From the NCBI GenBank assembly GCA_035193785.1, contig CP136572.1:4180578-4244577 (forward strand): 64,000 bases of DNA. The letters run 5' to 3'. A program made the position numbers and the translations under genes. The notes under the pieces were generated by a model, which was not told where the DNA came from, made no database searches, and saw nothing but the letters and a program-made list of their open reading frames with translations. Positions 1 to 11,665 of this stretch are shown here, one piece after another. The DNA comes from Planktothrix sp. GU0601_MAG3 (lineage in GTDB: Bacteria; Cyanobacteriota; Cyanobacteriia; Cyanobacteriales; Microcoleaceae). Position 1 is the stretch's first letter, and every line of letters starts with the position of its first letter.

Positions 1-602
1 AGTATTAGGAATTGTAGTGGAACCGGATCGAAATACAGAAACATTAAAACAATGGTTAACTGAACGTTCAACACAATATTCTCAGTCAGAATATTATACG
101 GGAGAACTCTATAATCCTGTGAAACTAGATCAACTGCCACCTTTACCATTACCCGATAAATTATGGGGAGATAGTTGGAAATTTGCCAGTATTTCTGCCG
201 GAAATTTACAAGAATTTTTTGCCGACCGTCCGATTCCAATTCTCCAAATACCAGACAATTTTTTACCTATAAATATAGGTTTGGCTTCGGTAGTAGCGAT
301 TCCTGGAATTATTATTAATGGTGGTAAAAAATCCATGCAGTTAGCTAGATGGTTAGAGGAAATTAAACCCTTTGCTTTCAATTATATTGCGGGTTTCTCC
401 CAATGGATTGATCTTAGAATCAGGTTTAGTTGATCGTTGGGTGATGGCAACCTTTGAAGATGCGGAAGTCATGGATGCAGCCAAAACCTTTGAAGTCAGA
501 AAACAGTTGGCAAAAGGATTACATTTTCTATTAGTTCAACCGGATGATTCAGGGATGACTTTTAGTGGATTTTGGCTATTAAAAGCGGAAATAAAAAACT
601 AA
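1..602 (+). CDS. Tab2/Atab2 family RNA-binding protein (DUF1092), 5'-truncated by window, one frameshift near 395
   Basis: ORFs 17-433 and 372-602 join. Motifs PLPDKLWG, GLILESGLVDRW and GLHFLLVQPDDSGMTFSGFWLL are typical of cyanobacterial Tab2-like proteins. Confidence 0.8.
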
Positions 603-651
603 AATTAATAGCAGAAATCGGGTTTCTTGAAGCAACTCGGTTTCTGAAATT

Positions 652-819
652 CTATAGCCTAACTTCTACCGTTTCAGCAACATCTTGAAGGGCAGATAAT
701 AATAATTCAGGTTCAGGATCTTTTTCTTGTAAAATTGCCCAAAGATATAATGCGGCTTCAGAGGGATCTTTGAGAGATTCAATTAAATAGTCTTGATAAT
801 TTCTAGTTAGAGATTGCAT
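652..819 (-). pseudogene. Truncated addiction-module antidote (HigA-like) protein, N-terminal part only
   Basis: MQSLTRNYQDYLIESLKDPSEAALYL...LLLSALQDVAE resembles the antidote N-terminus, and the ORF stops before an HTH domain. Confidence 0.6.
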
Positions 820-914
820 TAAACCGCCTCCTGTAGTCTTTCCAGTAAGTTTTAGCGGTGCGAATATCTTCTTCTTGAGTGCTTTTATCTCCACCACAAA
901 GGAGCAAAATAATG
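803..914 (-). pseudogene. C-terminal remnant of RelE/HigB-like addiction-module killer toxin
   Basis: Hand translation of the minus strand gives IILLLCGGDKSTQEEDIRTAKTYWKDYRRRFNAISN*, which overlaps the antidote start. No N-terminus is present upstream. Confidence 0.7.
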
Positions 915-1007
915 GAAAAATAGTTTTTTATGACCCCATTGTAGCATAAATTAAGGGATAATAGATTTTGTCTAAACTTCAGAAAAAATTACAATTACCT
1001 CAACGCC

Positions 1008-2138
1008 ATGCTATCTTTTCTTCGCAACGACCTCAACCAACTTAACGCCTATGCTCCTCACCCGGGGGGCAATTCTGGCAGTCCTATCGAGACTCAAATA
1101 TTAGACCGTTTAGATACTAATGAATGTCCCTATGATTTACCTGAAGAATTAAAACAAAAGCTGGCTTGGACGTATCAACAGGAAATTGAAACTAATCGTT
1201 ATCCTGATGGCAGTCATTTCCCCTTAAAAATGGCGATCGCTAATTATATTAATCAGATTATTTCTAATTCTGAAGCCTTTGTCAATCCTGAGCAGATTTC
1301 CGTTGGCAATGGGTCAGATGAATTAATTCGATCTATCTTAATTGCCACTTGTTTAGGGGGAGAAGGCTCAATTTTAGTAGCTAATCCTACTTTTTCTATG
1401 TATGGAATTATTGCCCAAACTTTGGGGGTGAACGTTGTTAATATAGAACGGCATCAAGACACCTTTGAAATGGATTTAAACGCGGCTAAAACTGCGATTG
1501 AAACAACACAAAATCCCCCAATTAGAGTTGTATTTGTAGTTCATCCTAATTCCCCTACGGCGAATGCCTTAACAAAAGATGAATTAGACTGGTTGCGTCA
1601 TTTACCAGAACAGATTTTAGTGGTCATTGATGAAGCCTATTTTGAATTTAGTCAAACCAGCGTAGTTGAGGAGTTAAAAAATTATCCCAATTGGGTGATT
1701 TTACGCACATTTTCTAAAGCATTTCGTTTAGCTTCCCTACGGGTTGGATATGCGATCGCTAATTCCGAATTAATCACCGCTTTAGAAAAAGTTCGTCTTC
1801 CCTATAACCTTCCTAGTTTCACACAAACCGCGGCTTTATTAGCCTTAAATAACCGTCAAGATTTGCTCGCAGTTATCCCTGAAATTTTAGCAGAAAGAAC
1901 TCGTTTAATTAAGGCTTTAACTGAAAATAAACAACTAAAAATTTGGCGCAGTGATGCTAATTTTATTTATATTAGGCTCGCTGATGAACAAAATTCCGAT
2001 CAAGCCTTAAACCAGATTATGCAACAATTAAAAACCAAAGGAACATTAGTGCGTCATACTGGAGGAGGACTGAGAATTACCGTTGGTCGTCCTGAAGAAA
2101 ATCAACGCACGATTGAGCGATTATTTTCTATTTTATAG
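1008..2138 (+). CDS. hisC: Histidinol-phosphate aminotransferase
   Basis: [29 protein letters not shown] and [17 protein letters not shown] (PLP lysine) motifs. Confidence 0.93.
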   Translation: MLSFLRNDLNQLNAYAPHPGGNSGSPIETQILDRLDTNECPYDLPEELKQKLAWTYQQEIETNRYPDGSHFPLKMAIANYINQIISNSEAFVNPEQISVGNGSDELIRSILIATCLGGEGSILVANPTFSMYGIIAQTLGVNVVNIERHQDTFEMDLNAAKTAIETTQNPPIRVVFVVHPNSPTANALTKDELDWLRHLPEQILVVIDEAYFEFSQTSVVEELKNYPNWVILRTFSKAFRLASLRVGYAIANSELITALEKVRLPYNLPSFTQTAALLALNNRQDLLAVIPEILAERTRLIKALTENKQLKIWRSDANFIYIRLADEQNSDQALNQIMQQLKTKGTLVRHTGGGLRITVGRPEENQRTIERLFSIL

Positions 2139-2154
2139 TAAAGTAAAAAAATAG

Positions 2155-2216
2155 GTTTGGGTGGGTTTATATAGATTAAGATGATTAGTTGAACAGTTGG
2201 GTAAACCCGCCCAAAC
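2155..2216. repeat. Inverted repeat (degenerate REP doublet or terminator)
   Basis: gtttgggtgggttta ... taaacccgcccaaac arms downstream of hisC. Confidence 0.5.
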
Positions 2217-2246
2217 AGTAGATTTATTGTTGATTTTGTATTACCT

Positions 2247-3030
2247 ATGCAACGCTATTTTAAGATTTTAATGTTATTTTGGGAAACTGCGATCTCAGCA
2301 GAACTCGAATATCGAATTAACTTTCTGATTTCTGCCATCACCAGTTTAGGAAGTTTAATTGGTAGTATTTTCAGCCTATTTTTATTTTATAGAAACTGGT
2401 TACAGCTTTGAAGGATGGAGTTGGGAAGAAGCCTTAGTTGTTTTGGGAGTGTTCACAATATTACAAGGATTTTCCACCACAATATTAGTTCCCAATTTAA
2501 ACAGAATTGTCACCCATGTTCAAGATGGAACCTTAGATTTTGTATTGCTTAAACCCCTTAACAGTCAATTTTGGCTATCGACTCGGATGGTTTCTCCTTG
2601 GGGAACACCTGACCTAATTTTTGGCTGTTCAATTGTTGCTTATCAAGGTAGTAAACTAGGCCTAACCTGGAGAGATTATCTAGCCAGTTTATTACCTTTG
2701 TTTTTTGGAATGATGACTTTATATAGTATATGGTTTATCTTGGGGGCGACCAGTATTTGGTTTGTGAAAATTTATAATGTGACGGAAGTATTGAAGGGAT
2801 TATTAGAAGCCGGAAGATATCCCCTGGTGGCTTATCCCATGGCTTATCGTTTCTTTTTTACCTTTATTGTTCCCGTCGCATTTTTAACAACAATTCCAGC
2901 AGAATCAATCCTAGGAAGAACTAACATATCCTGGGTGCTCGGTTCAGGATTATTAGCCCTGGGATTATTATTAATTTCGGCTAGATTTTGGCAATTTGCA
3001 TTAAAATTTTATACCAGTGCCTCGAGTTGA
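2247..3030 (+). CDS. ABC-2 family transporter permease (DUF990-like), frameshift near 2360-2390
   Basis: ATG at 2247 (MQRYFKILMLFWETAISAELEYRINF) joins ORF 2359-3030, which carries DGTLDFVLLKP and GRYP motifs and is multi-TM. Confidence 0.8.
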
Positions 3031-3089
3031 TTTTAAGCGGGCTATCGATCATTTTCACAATAGAAAATCTAGTCTCCATACAGTTAATA

Positions 3090-4070
3090 TCAAGAATACA
3101 GACTAGCAACATATTCACCATAACCGTTATAGGGTAAAGTTGGCTGTTTTTCCCAAGAGAAACTAGGCTTACTGCTGACAATTCTTTCCGTAGCTTGTGA
3201 CCAACGGGGATGGGGTTTATTGGGGTTAACATTCGCCTCAAAACCATATTCATCCGGGCCCAAAGTATTCCAAAAAGTCGCGGGTTTTTGATTTAAAAAT
3301 TCAATTTTAACAATGGATTTTGCCCCTTTGAATCCATATTTCCAAGGGAGCACCATCCGTAAAGGAGCACCATTTTGTTTCGGGAGGGTTTTCCCATACA
3401 TTCCTACGGCAAAAAAGGCTAAATCATTTGCCATTTCCTCAATCCTTAATCCTTCGGTATAGGGCCAAGGATAACCATTAGCCCAAAATCCTGGCCCGGT
3501 GGTAATTTTAGGATCATAAAAAGAGGTAAACCGGACAAATTTAGCCTCGGAATTAGGCTCAACCGCCGCCATTAACGCCCGCATGGGAAATCCCAACCAA
3601 GGTACAACCATCGCCCAGGCTTCAACACAACGAAACCGATAAATTCGTTCTTCTAATGGGAATTTTTTCTGAAGATCTTCTAAAGTATATGTGGTCGGAT
3701 TTTTAACTAATCCTGAAACCTCAACTTTCCAATCTTCTAAGGGTAAGGCTTGGGCGGCTTGCCAAATAGACTTGGTTCCGCCATACTCATAAAAATTATT
3801 ATATTTTGTGGCTAAATCTTCCGCCGTAACGGGACGATTAACTGTGGCAAAATTAGGATTTTTGGTAAAATCAGAAATCTCTTGGACTAAATTATTGCCG
3901 AGGTTTTCGGTTTTTGAGGTAGACTTACATCCAGTTAACGATAGCACCGATGCGGTTAATCCTGCCCCAATTAAACTTTTCATAAACCGACGACGATTCA
4001 TAAAAACAGACTCTGGTGTAATCTGATTTTCCGAAATTTCCCAGGAGGGAACAATACGAATTAAAGCCAT
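3090..4070 (-). CDS. msrP: Protein-methionine-sulfoxide reductase catalytic subunit
   Basis: Tat signal NRRRFMK, plus YNNFYEYG, RFRCVEAW, PWKYGFKGAKSI and HPRWSQATE. Confidence 0.93.
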   Translation of the reverse strand: MALIRIVPSWEISENQITPESVFMNRRRFMKSLIGAGLTASVLSLTGCKSTSKTENLGNNLVQEISDFTKNPNFATVNRPVTAEDLATKYNNFYEYGGTKSIWQAAQALPLEDWKVEVSGLVKNPTTYTLEDLQKKFPLEERIYRFRCVEAWAMVVPWLGFPMRALMAAVEPNSEAKFVRFTSFYDPKITTGPGFWANGYPWPYTEGLRIEEMANDLAFFAVGMYGKTLPKQNGAPLRMVLPWKYGFKGAKSIVKIEFLNQKPATFWNTLGPDEYGFEANVNPNKPHPRWSQATERIVSSKPSFSWEKQPTLPYNGYGEYVASLYS

Positions 4071-4202
4071 AGGTTAAAAATAATAGAAGAATGGGCAATG
4101 GGCAATGGGCAATATATAAGATAATAGGCGATCGCCTTGCCTGAATTAACCTAAAGTTTCAGAAAGACTTATCATAGAAAAATATACTAAAAAATTCTGG
4201 TT

Positions 4203-6177
4203 ATGAGTTACTGCATCAACCCCCAATGTCAGAACCCCCAGAAACCCGACTCACGCCATTTCCTGTCAGAGTTGTGGATCAGAACTGCGCCTCAAAAACC
4301 GCTATAGTATGATCCGAGTTTTGGGCCAAAACCATTGTAACCGAACATTTTTGGCAATTGATGAAGATAAACCCGCCAAACCGCGCTGTGTAATTAAACA
4401 ATCTCTTGATTCTACCCTATCTACTCCCGAAGCCCGGGTAGAATTTCGTCTGTATACCCAAACCCTAGACCAGATTAGTCAGCATCCAGCCCTTCCTGAA
4501 TTATTAGCCTGCTTTGAAGAAAATAGCTATAGTTATCTCGTACAAGATTATATCCCCGGACGCAATTTAGCCGAAGAAGTCGAACAAGAGGGTGTGTTTT
4601 CAGAATTGCAAATTTGGGATTTATTGAGTGCAATTCTACCGATTCTGGAATCCATTCACCATAAAAATAGAGTCCATGGGGATATTAAACCGGAAAATAT
4701 TATTCGTCGCCCCGTTTTTCATCCGAATTCTCCGATCAAAAAACAACTGGTTTTAGTTGATTTTGCGGGAGTAAACCCCCTACAAGGTGCAGCCGAATAT
4801 GTTTCCCCCGAACAACTCCAAGGAGAAATTAGTCCTAAAAATGATCTCTATAGTTTAGGAGTGACTTGTTTGTATCTGCTAACTCAAATGAGCCCCTTTG
4901 ATTTATGGAATATTAAAACCAATTCTTGGGTCTGGAAGGATTATCTAAAAACTCCCATTAGTCATCGCCTAACCCGAATTTTGAATCGATTAATTGAACG
5001 TGACCCGGCTCAACGCTATACTTCGGTGGTCGAGGTGATCCAAGATTTAAAATCCGGGCCAATACCAGTTAAACTCCCCCGGGTCAGTCAACATTCATGG
5101 ACATTAACCGCTTTGGGGGGTGCAGCTTTGGCAATGTTATCCCTATTCCTGAGTTCAAGAATTCCTCAATCGAACTTTGAAACCAAAGAACCCGTAGAAC
5201 CCATTTATCAGATTCCTGAGATTTCGATTTCCCCCCCGGAAACTTTTACCCCCATTCTCCCCCAACCCAACCCAGCGATGCGGACGTTAGTACAGAATAT
5301 TGGCCCCGTGTGGTCGGTAGCCGTCAGTCCCGATGGTCAATTTGTGGTCTATGGGAATACCGATGGGTCAATTCAGATTATTGATGCCGAAACTGGTGGA
5401 TTAATTAACACGCTGTTGGGACATTCCCAACCCGTGGGAACCTTAGCTATCAGTGGCGATGGTCGGACTTTAGTGAGTGGAAGCGGTGATAAAACAATTT
5501 TAGTTTGGGATTTGTGGACTGGCCGCCAGAAAAAAATGCTCTACGGTCATCAAGGATGGGTCTATGCCGTTGCCATCAGTCCCGATGGCCAGCAGGTAGC
5601 CAGTGCTGGGCGTGACCAAACCATTCGACTATGGGATATATCCACCGGAAAAACCCTAAGAACCTTATCCGGGTATGGGACAGAGGTGCAGTCCCTGGCT
5701 TTTAGTCAGGATCATCAAACCTTAGTTAGTGGCGGAAGTAACGGGATTGTGGATCTTTGGAACTGGCACACGGGACAGTTATTGCGGACATTTCAAGGCC
5801 ATGCTGAGGCAATTTGGTCGGTGGCGATCAGTCCCGACGGTCAAACTTTGGCCACGGGTAGTTGGGATCATTCGATTAAGTTATGGGATTTAAAAGAATT
5901 AGAGTCTCAATATTTTAGTAATACCCCGGCGCAAATTCTTCTGGGTCATGGGGATAAGGTGCAGTCCGTCGCCTTTAGTCCCGATGGTCAAACCCTTGCT
6001 AGTGGGGATTTTGCGGGGACAGTAAAACTCTGGCAAGTAGATAATGGAGAATTATTTGGGACATTTAAAGGACATAAATCTTGGGTAAATGTGGCATTTA
6101 ATCCCCACAATCATACTTTAGTGAGTGGGAGTTTTGACGATACCTTAAAGGTTTGGCAATTGTTACCCAGCTATTAG
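4203..6177 (+). CDS. Ser/Thr kinase-like domain plus WD40 repeat protein with N-terminal Cys-rich prefix (frameshift near 4245)
   Basis: MSYCINPQC...CQSCG prefix, HGDIKPENI, a TM segment and about 7 GH...WD repeats. Confidence 0.85.
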
Positions 6178-6349
6178 GACAGGAAACAGCTTTGAAAACC
6201 TGCCCAAATAATGCTGGGGATTTCCCTGTTCCCTGTTTCCGGTGTTCCCTCTTCCCTCTTACCCACAAATATTTCTTGAGAACCGACCCCCACAGTCAAC
6301 CGTCCACCTCCAACACCTCCGGTCGGAATTTTTGACTGGGTTTCCTTTG

Positions 6350-6374
6350 AATGTAACAAGATGTAACGTATAAT
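6350..6374. promoter_or_regulatory. HLR1-like (RpaB) direct repeat abutting a -10 box upstream of pds
   Basis: Minus strand reads GTTACATC-TT-GTTACATT (6350-6367), with TATAAT at 6369-6374. Confidence 0.55.
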
Positions 6375-6409
6375 CAGAAAAAACATTAAGAAAACATTCA
6401 CAAGGGTAA

Positions 6410-7850
<1,441 letters not shown>

Positions 7851-7880
7851 CTTATCCACTGTCGGTCAGCAGAACAACGA

Positions 7881-8808
7881 ATGCTACAACTTTCTAAAAC
7901 TCCGTGCATGAGAACTCTGGCATCTTTGGAAGACTCCTATGAACTCTGCCGTCAGGTTACTGCGGAGTATGCCAAAACGTTTTATTTAGGAACTCAATTG
8001 ATGCCAGAGGCCAAGCGTCGGGCCATCTGGGCGATCTATGTTTGGTGTCGTCGGACTGACGAATTAGTCGATGGGCCCATGGCAGCGACGACGACGGAGG
8101 AAACCTTAGATCGTTGGGAAGAACACCTAGAGACGGTGTTTGCCGGACATCCAAGGGATGATGTGGATGTGGCTTTGGTGGATACTCTCCACCGTTTCCC
8201 ATTGGATATTCAACCCTTTAGAGATATGATTGCGGGTCAACGGATGGATTTATACCGCAACCGCTATCAGACATTTCAGGAGTTGGAACTCTATTGTTAT
8301 CGGGTGGCGGGGACGGTGGGCTTAATGTCAACGGCGGTGATGGGTATAGAACCCCCTCTGGCGACGCCTTGGAATCCCAACCCGGAAATTATAATTCCGA
8401 ATCAAGAAGCGATCGCTTTAGGAATTGCCAATCAACTTACCAATATTCTGCGGGATGTGGGGGAAGATGCCCGACGGGGCCGAATTTATTTACCCCTGGA
8501 TGATTTAGCCTTATTTAATTATACAGAAGCGGATTTATTCAAGGGAATTGTGGATGAGCGTTGGCGAGGATTAATGCGCTTTGAAATTCAGAGGGCGCGA
8601 AAATTCTATGTGGAAGCGGAAACGGGGAATTAGTGTTTTAAGTGAAGATATTCGCTGGCCCGTTTGGTCTGCATTAGTGCTATATCGACAAATTTTAGAT
8701 GCGATTGAACGCAATGAATATGATGTTTTTAGCAAGCGGGCCTATGTTCCCAAATGGCGAAAAATGATCTCACTACCTATTGCTTTATTAAGGGCTAAGG
8801 TTTTATAA
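7881..8808 (+). CDS. crtB: Phytoene synthase (frameshift near 8625)
   Basis: [22 protein letters not shown] and [22 protein letters not shown]; follows pds. Confidence 0.95.
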
Positions 8809-9003
8809 ATTGCTTTTTACTGCCTAGGTTTGATCCCGGAATGAATCGGGATTATGAAGATTAGACATCCTCCTTCTAGTACAGGGGGATATTAAAGTGT
8901 AGAATTATTGTGATTTTGGGTGCGTTACGCTGACACACCCGATGGTTTTGTACTCTGAAAACTGCAACAAAGGCTGTCTGTTCCCTTCAAAAACCAATCT
9001 AAG

Positions 9004-9061
9004 TATAGCAAGAGGCAATAGGGAATAGGGAATAGGCAATGGGTAATAGGTAAATACTTAC
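9004..9061. repeat. Partial (left-end) copy of TATAGC-ended STRR-containing element
   Basis: tatagcaagagg...heptamers...gtaaatacttac matches 10253-10388. Confidence 0.65.
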
Positions 9062-9062
9062 A

Positions 9063-10239
9063 ATGAAAACTATTTCTGAAATTAACGACAAAATTGTTCA
9101 AAATCGTGCAGTTGTTTGGACAGTAGAAGAACTCAAAGCCCGAGTTACCCCAGACAATATCGCCCAAATTGCTGAACAGGTTGATGTGATCACCACGGGA
9201 ACTTTTGAACCAATGGAGGGCTCCGGGGCTGTGATTAACTTAGGTCATACCGATCCCCCAATTAATATTAAAACCTGTTGGTTAGATGGGGTTCCAGCCT
9301 ATAGTGGCTTTGGGGCGGTAGATTTGTATTTGGGGGCGGCACAAATGATCGAGGAAGCGGAGGAACTTCGAGAACGGGGCGGGGGCCATGTGATTGAAGA
9401 TTTAATTGCGGGAAAATCGATTCATCTGAAAGCCTCTGGGGTGGTTTCTGACTGTTATCCTCGGAACTCCTTTGAAACCACCATTACCCGAGATACGATT
9501 AACCAATTTTATTTATTTAATCCCCGCAATCTCTATCAAAATTTTATTGTTGGGGTGAATGGAGGCGATCGCCCGCTCTATACTTATCTTGGCCCCCTAC
9601 AACCCTATCTAGGAAATGCAGTTTATTCTAATCCTGGCGCCTTAAACCCCCTGCTCAATGATCCTGATTTACAACTAATTGGCATTGGAACTAAAATTTT
9701 TATCGGAGGAGGAATTGGCTATATTACTTGGGAAGGAAACCCAACATTTTCCCCTGCAAAAACGCTTAGAAAATCGGACTCCCATCGGCCCATCGGCGAC
9801 CTTAGCTTTAATTGGAGATGCGAAACAAATGAATCCCTATTGGGTGCGGGGTTGTTATTTCAAAAATTACGGCCCTTCATTAATGTTAGGGGTGGGAATT
9901 CCCTTACCAGTTTTGAATCAAGAGGTGATTGTTCGTTGTGCCGTTTCCGATCAAGATATTGTGGCACCTGTGATTGATTTTGCCATTCCTCGGCGGGTGC
10001 GTCCTACCTTTGGTTTAGTGACTTATAGCCAACTGAAAAAAGGCAGAATTGACCTAGAAGGCAAAACCATCAAAACCGCCCCCCTAGCCAGTATTTCCCG
10101 TTCCCGTGAAGTTGCCCAAGAGTTAAAAAAATGGATTGAATCCGGCGATTTCACCCTAACAGAACCCGTGGCTCCCATCTCTCAAGATAGATCTTTTATT
10201 CCACAAAACGTCTGGGGTTCTCAAATTATTTTAGAGTAA
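9063..10239 (+). CDS. Homocysteine biosynthesis protein (DUF39, aspartate-semialdehyde sulfurtransferase family), frameshift near 9737
   Basis: KTISEINDKI, VDVITTGTFEPM, GGGHVIEDLIAGK, NPRNLYQN, PLLNDP and APLAS motifs. Confidence 0.85.
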
Positions 10240-10252
10240 AACTAATAACTAA

Positions 10253-10442
10253 TATAGCAAGAGGTAATAGGTAATGGGTAATGGGTAATGGGTAATGGGT
10301 AATGGGTAATGGGTAATGGGTAATGGGTAATGGGTAATGGGTAATAAGGTAATAGGTAATAGGTAATAGGTAATGGGTAAATACTTACTATGAGTAGCTT
10401 TTAGCTTTCAAGAATGTCCTAATAGATGCGACAACTGCTATA
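10253..10442. mobile_element. MITE-like element with TATAGCA/TGCTATA ends containing a (GGGTAAT)n STRR array
   Basis: Terminal inverted TATAGCA...TGCTATA with an internal heptamer array at about 10262-10380. Confidence 0.55.
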
Positions 10443-10454
10443 ACTAAACACCGA

Positions 10455-10503
10455 AAACTAACAACTAACAACTGATAACTGATAACTGATAACTGATGAC
10501 TGA
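10455..10503. repeat. STRR heptamer array (TAACTGA/TAACAAC)n
   Basis: Tandem 7-mers read directly from the sequence. Confidence 0.85.
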
Positions 10504-10505
10504 TT

Positions 10506-11574
10506 TTAGCTTTCTTCCGAGGAAGATTTGCGTTTTAACGGTTTAGGAACCGGTTCTCGACGCACAGGGGGCGGAGCATCATCCGATGGGAATTTGGGTT
10601 TATGGGGAGGATTAGATCCAGCGTTAAACTGACCTTGACCGGATGGTCTTCTGGGGCCACCTTTTTGGAACGGAGGTCTGCGTTTTTTAGTCGGAATCAT
10701 GCCGATATCATGGCTTTCTTGGATGACTAAATAATCTTCTCGCAACTGAACGTGTAAATCCCAGAAATGGCCAACGGCTCTCATCCCAGCAATCCCTAGG
10801 AGTTTCAGCTTAAAAAACTTAGGTTTGTCATTATCTTTGCGGGGAGCTTGGCGAATTTTAACAATCACATACTTTTCAACATCTTGGGATTGATAAACCA
10901 CCTCACCCCGAATGGAAAAATAGCCCGGATGAACACTCGCTACAGCGCTTGTTTTATCCTCTGATGCTGCTAATTGAGTTTCAGAAGTAACGGCGGTGGA
11001 ATCCTCGGTAGAATCCTCGATTCTCAGAGTTTGGGGTTCCCAAACCCCCATAATTTGAACGTGAAGATTATCTTCTTCTTGGCGGGTACGGGGATAAACC
11101 ACCCAAATATGATCTTGATCTAAGTCAATATGTTTTTTCACTAAACTCATGACCCGACCCAATAACACGGCGTCCAGCAATTTCCCTTCACTGGTAAGTA
11201 AAGTTCCCTGGGTAAACTGATCCGCAGAAGCAATATATCGGCCATGAAACTAATCCAATGGCTCGATATTGACGGGCTTCGCTGGGAGGCGGAATCGGAC
11301 AATGCCAGAGTCGCTCGAAGGAGTCGATAGTATCTGGCTCTAATTCTGCGGTTTCATCGATTTGATCCGGTTCAGACGTGCCAAGGCTCGTCTGAGGGGG
11401 TTCTTCCGGCGTTTCTGGCGTTTCTGTCGTTTCTGTCGTCTCCACAATTACACTTTCACTTTCGTTCGGTGTATCAATGGGGACATCTTGGGACATATTC
11501 ACGGCGGGCTCACTAGCTGGAGTTGAGCTTGAAGAACGTTTGGATCGAGAGGAACGATTCGGAGAAGGACTCAT
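10506..11574 (-). CDS. Conserved cyanobacterial hypothetical protein (frameshift near 11245)
   Basis: ORFs join at PIPPPSEARQYRAIGLV; WVVYPRTR and YFSIRGEVVYQS cores with disordered termini. Confidence 0.7.
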
Positions 11575-11665
11575 AACACCTCTTAGCGGAGATATATCCC
11601 TTATGGGAGCAAGGACACGGCGAGCAAAAACCCTTTTTCTTTAAAAATCGATCTGGGGCTTTATA

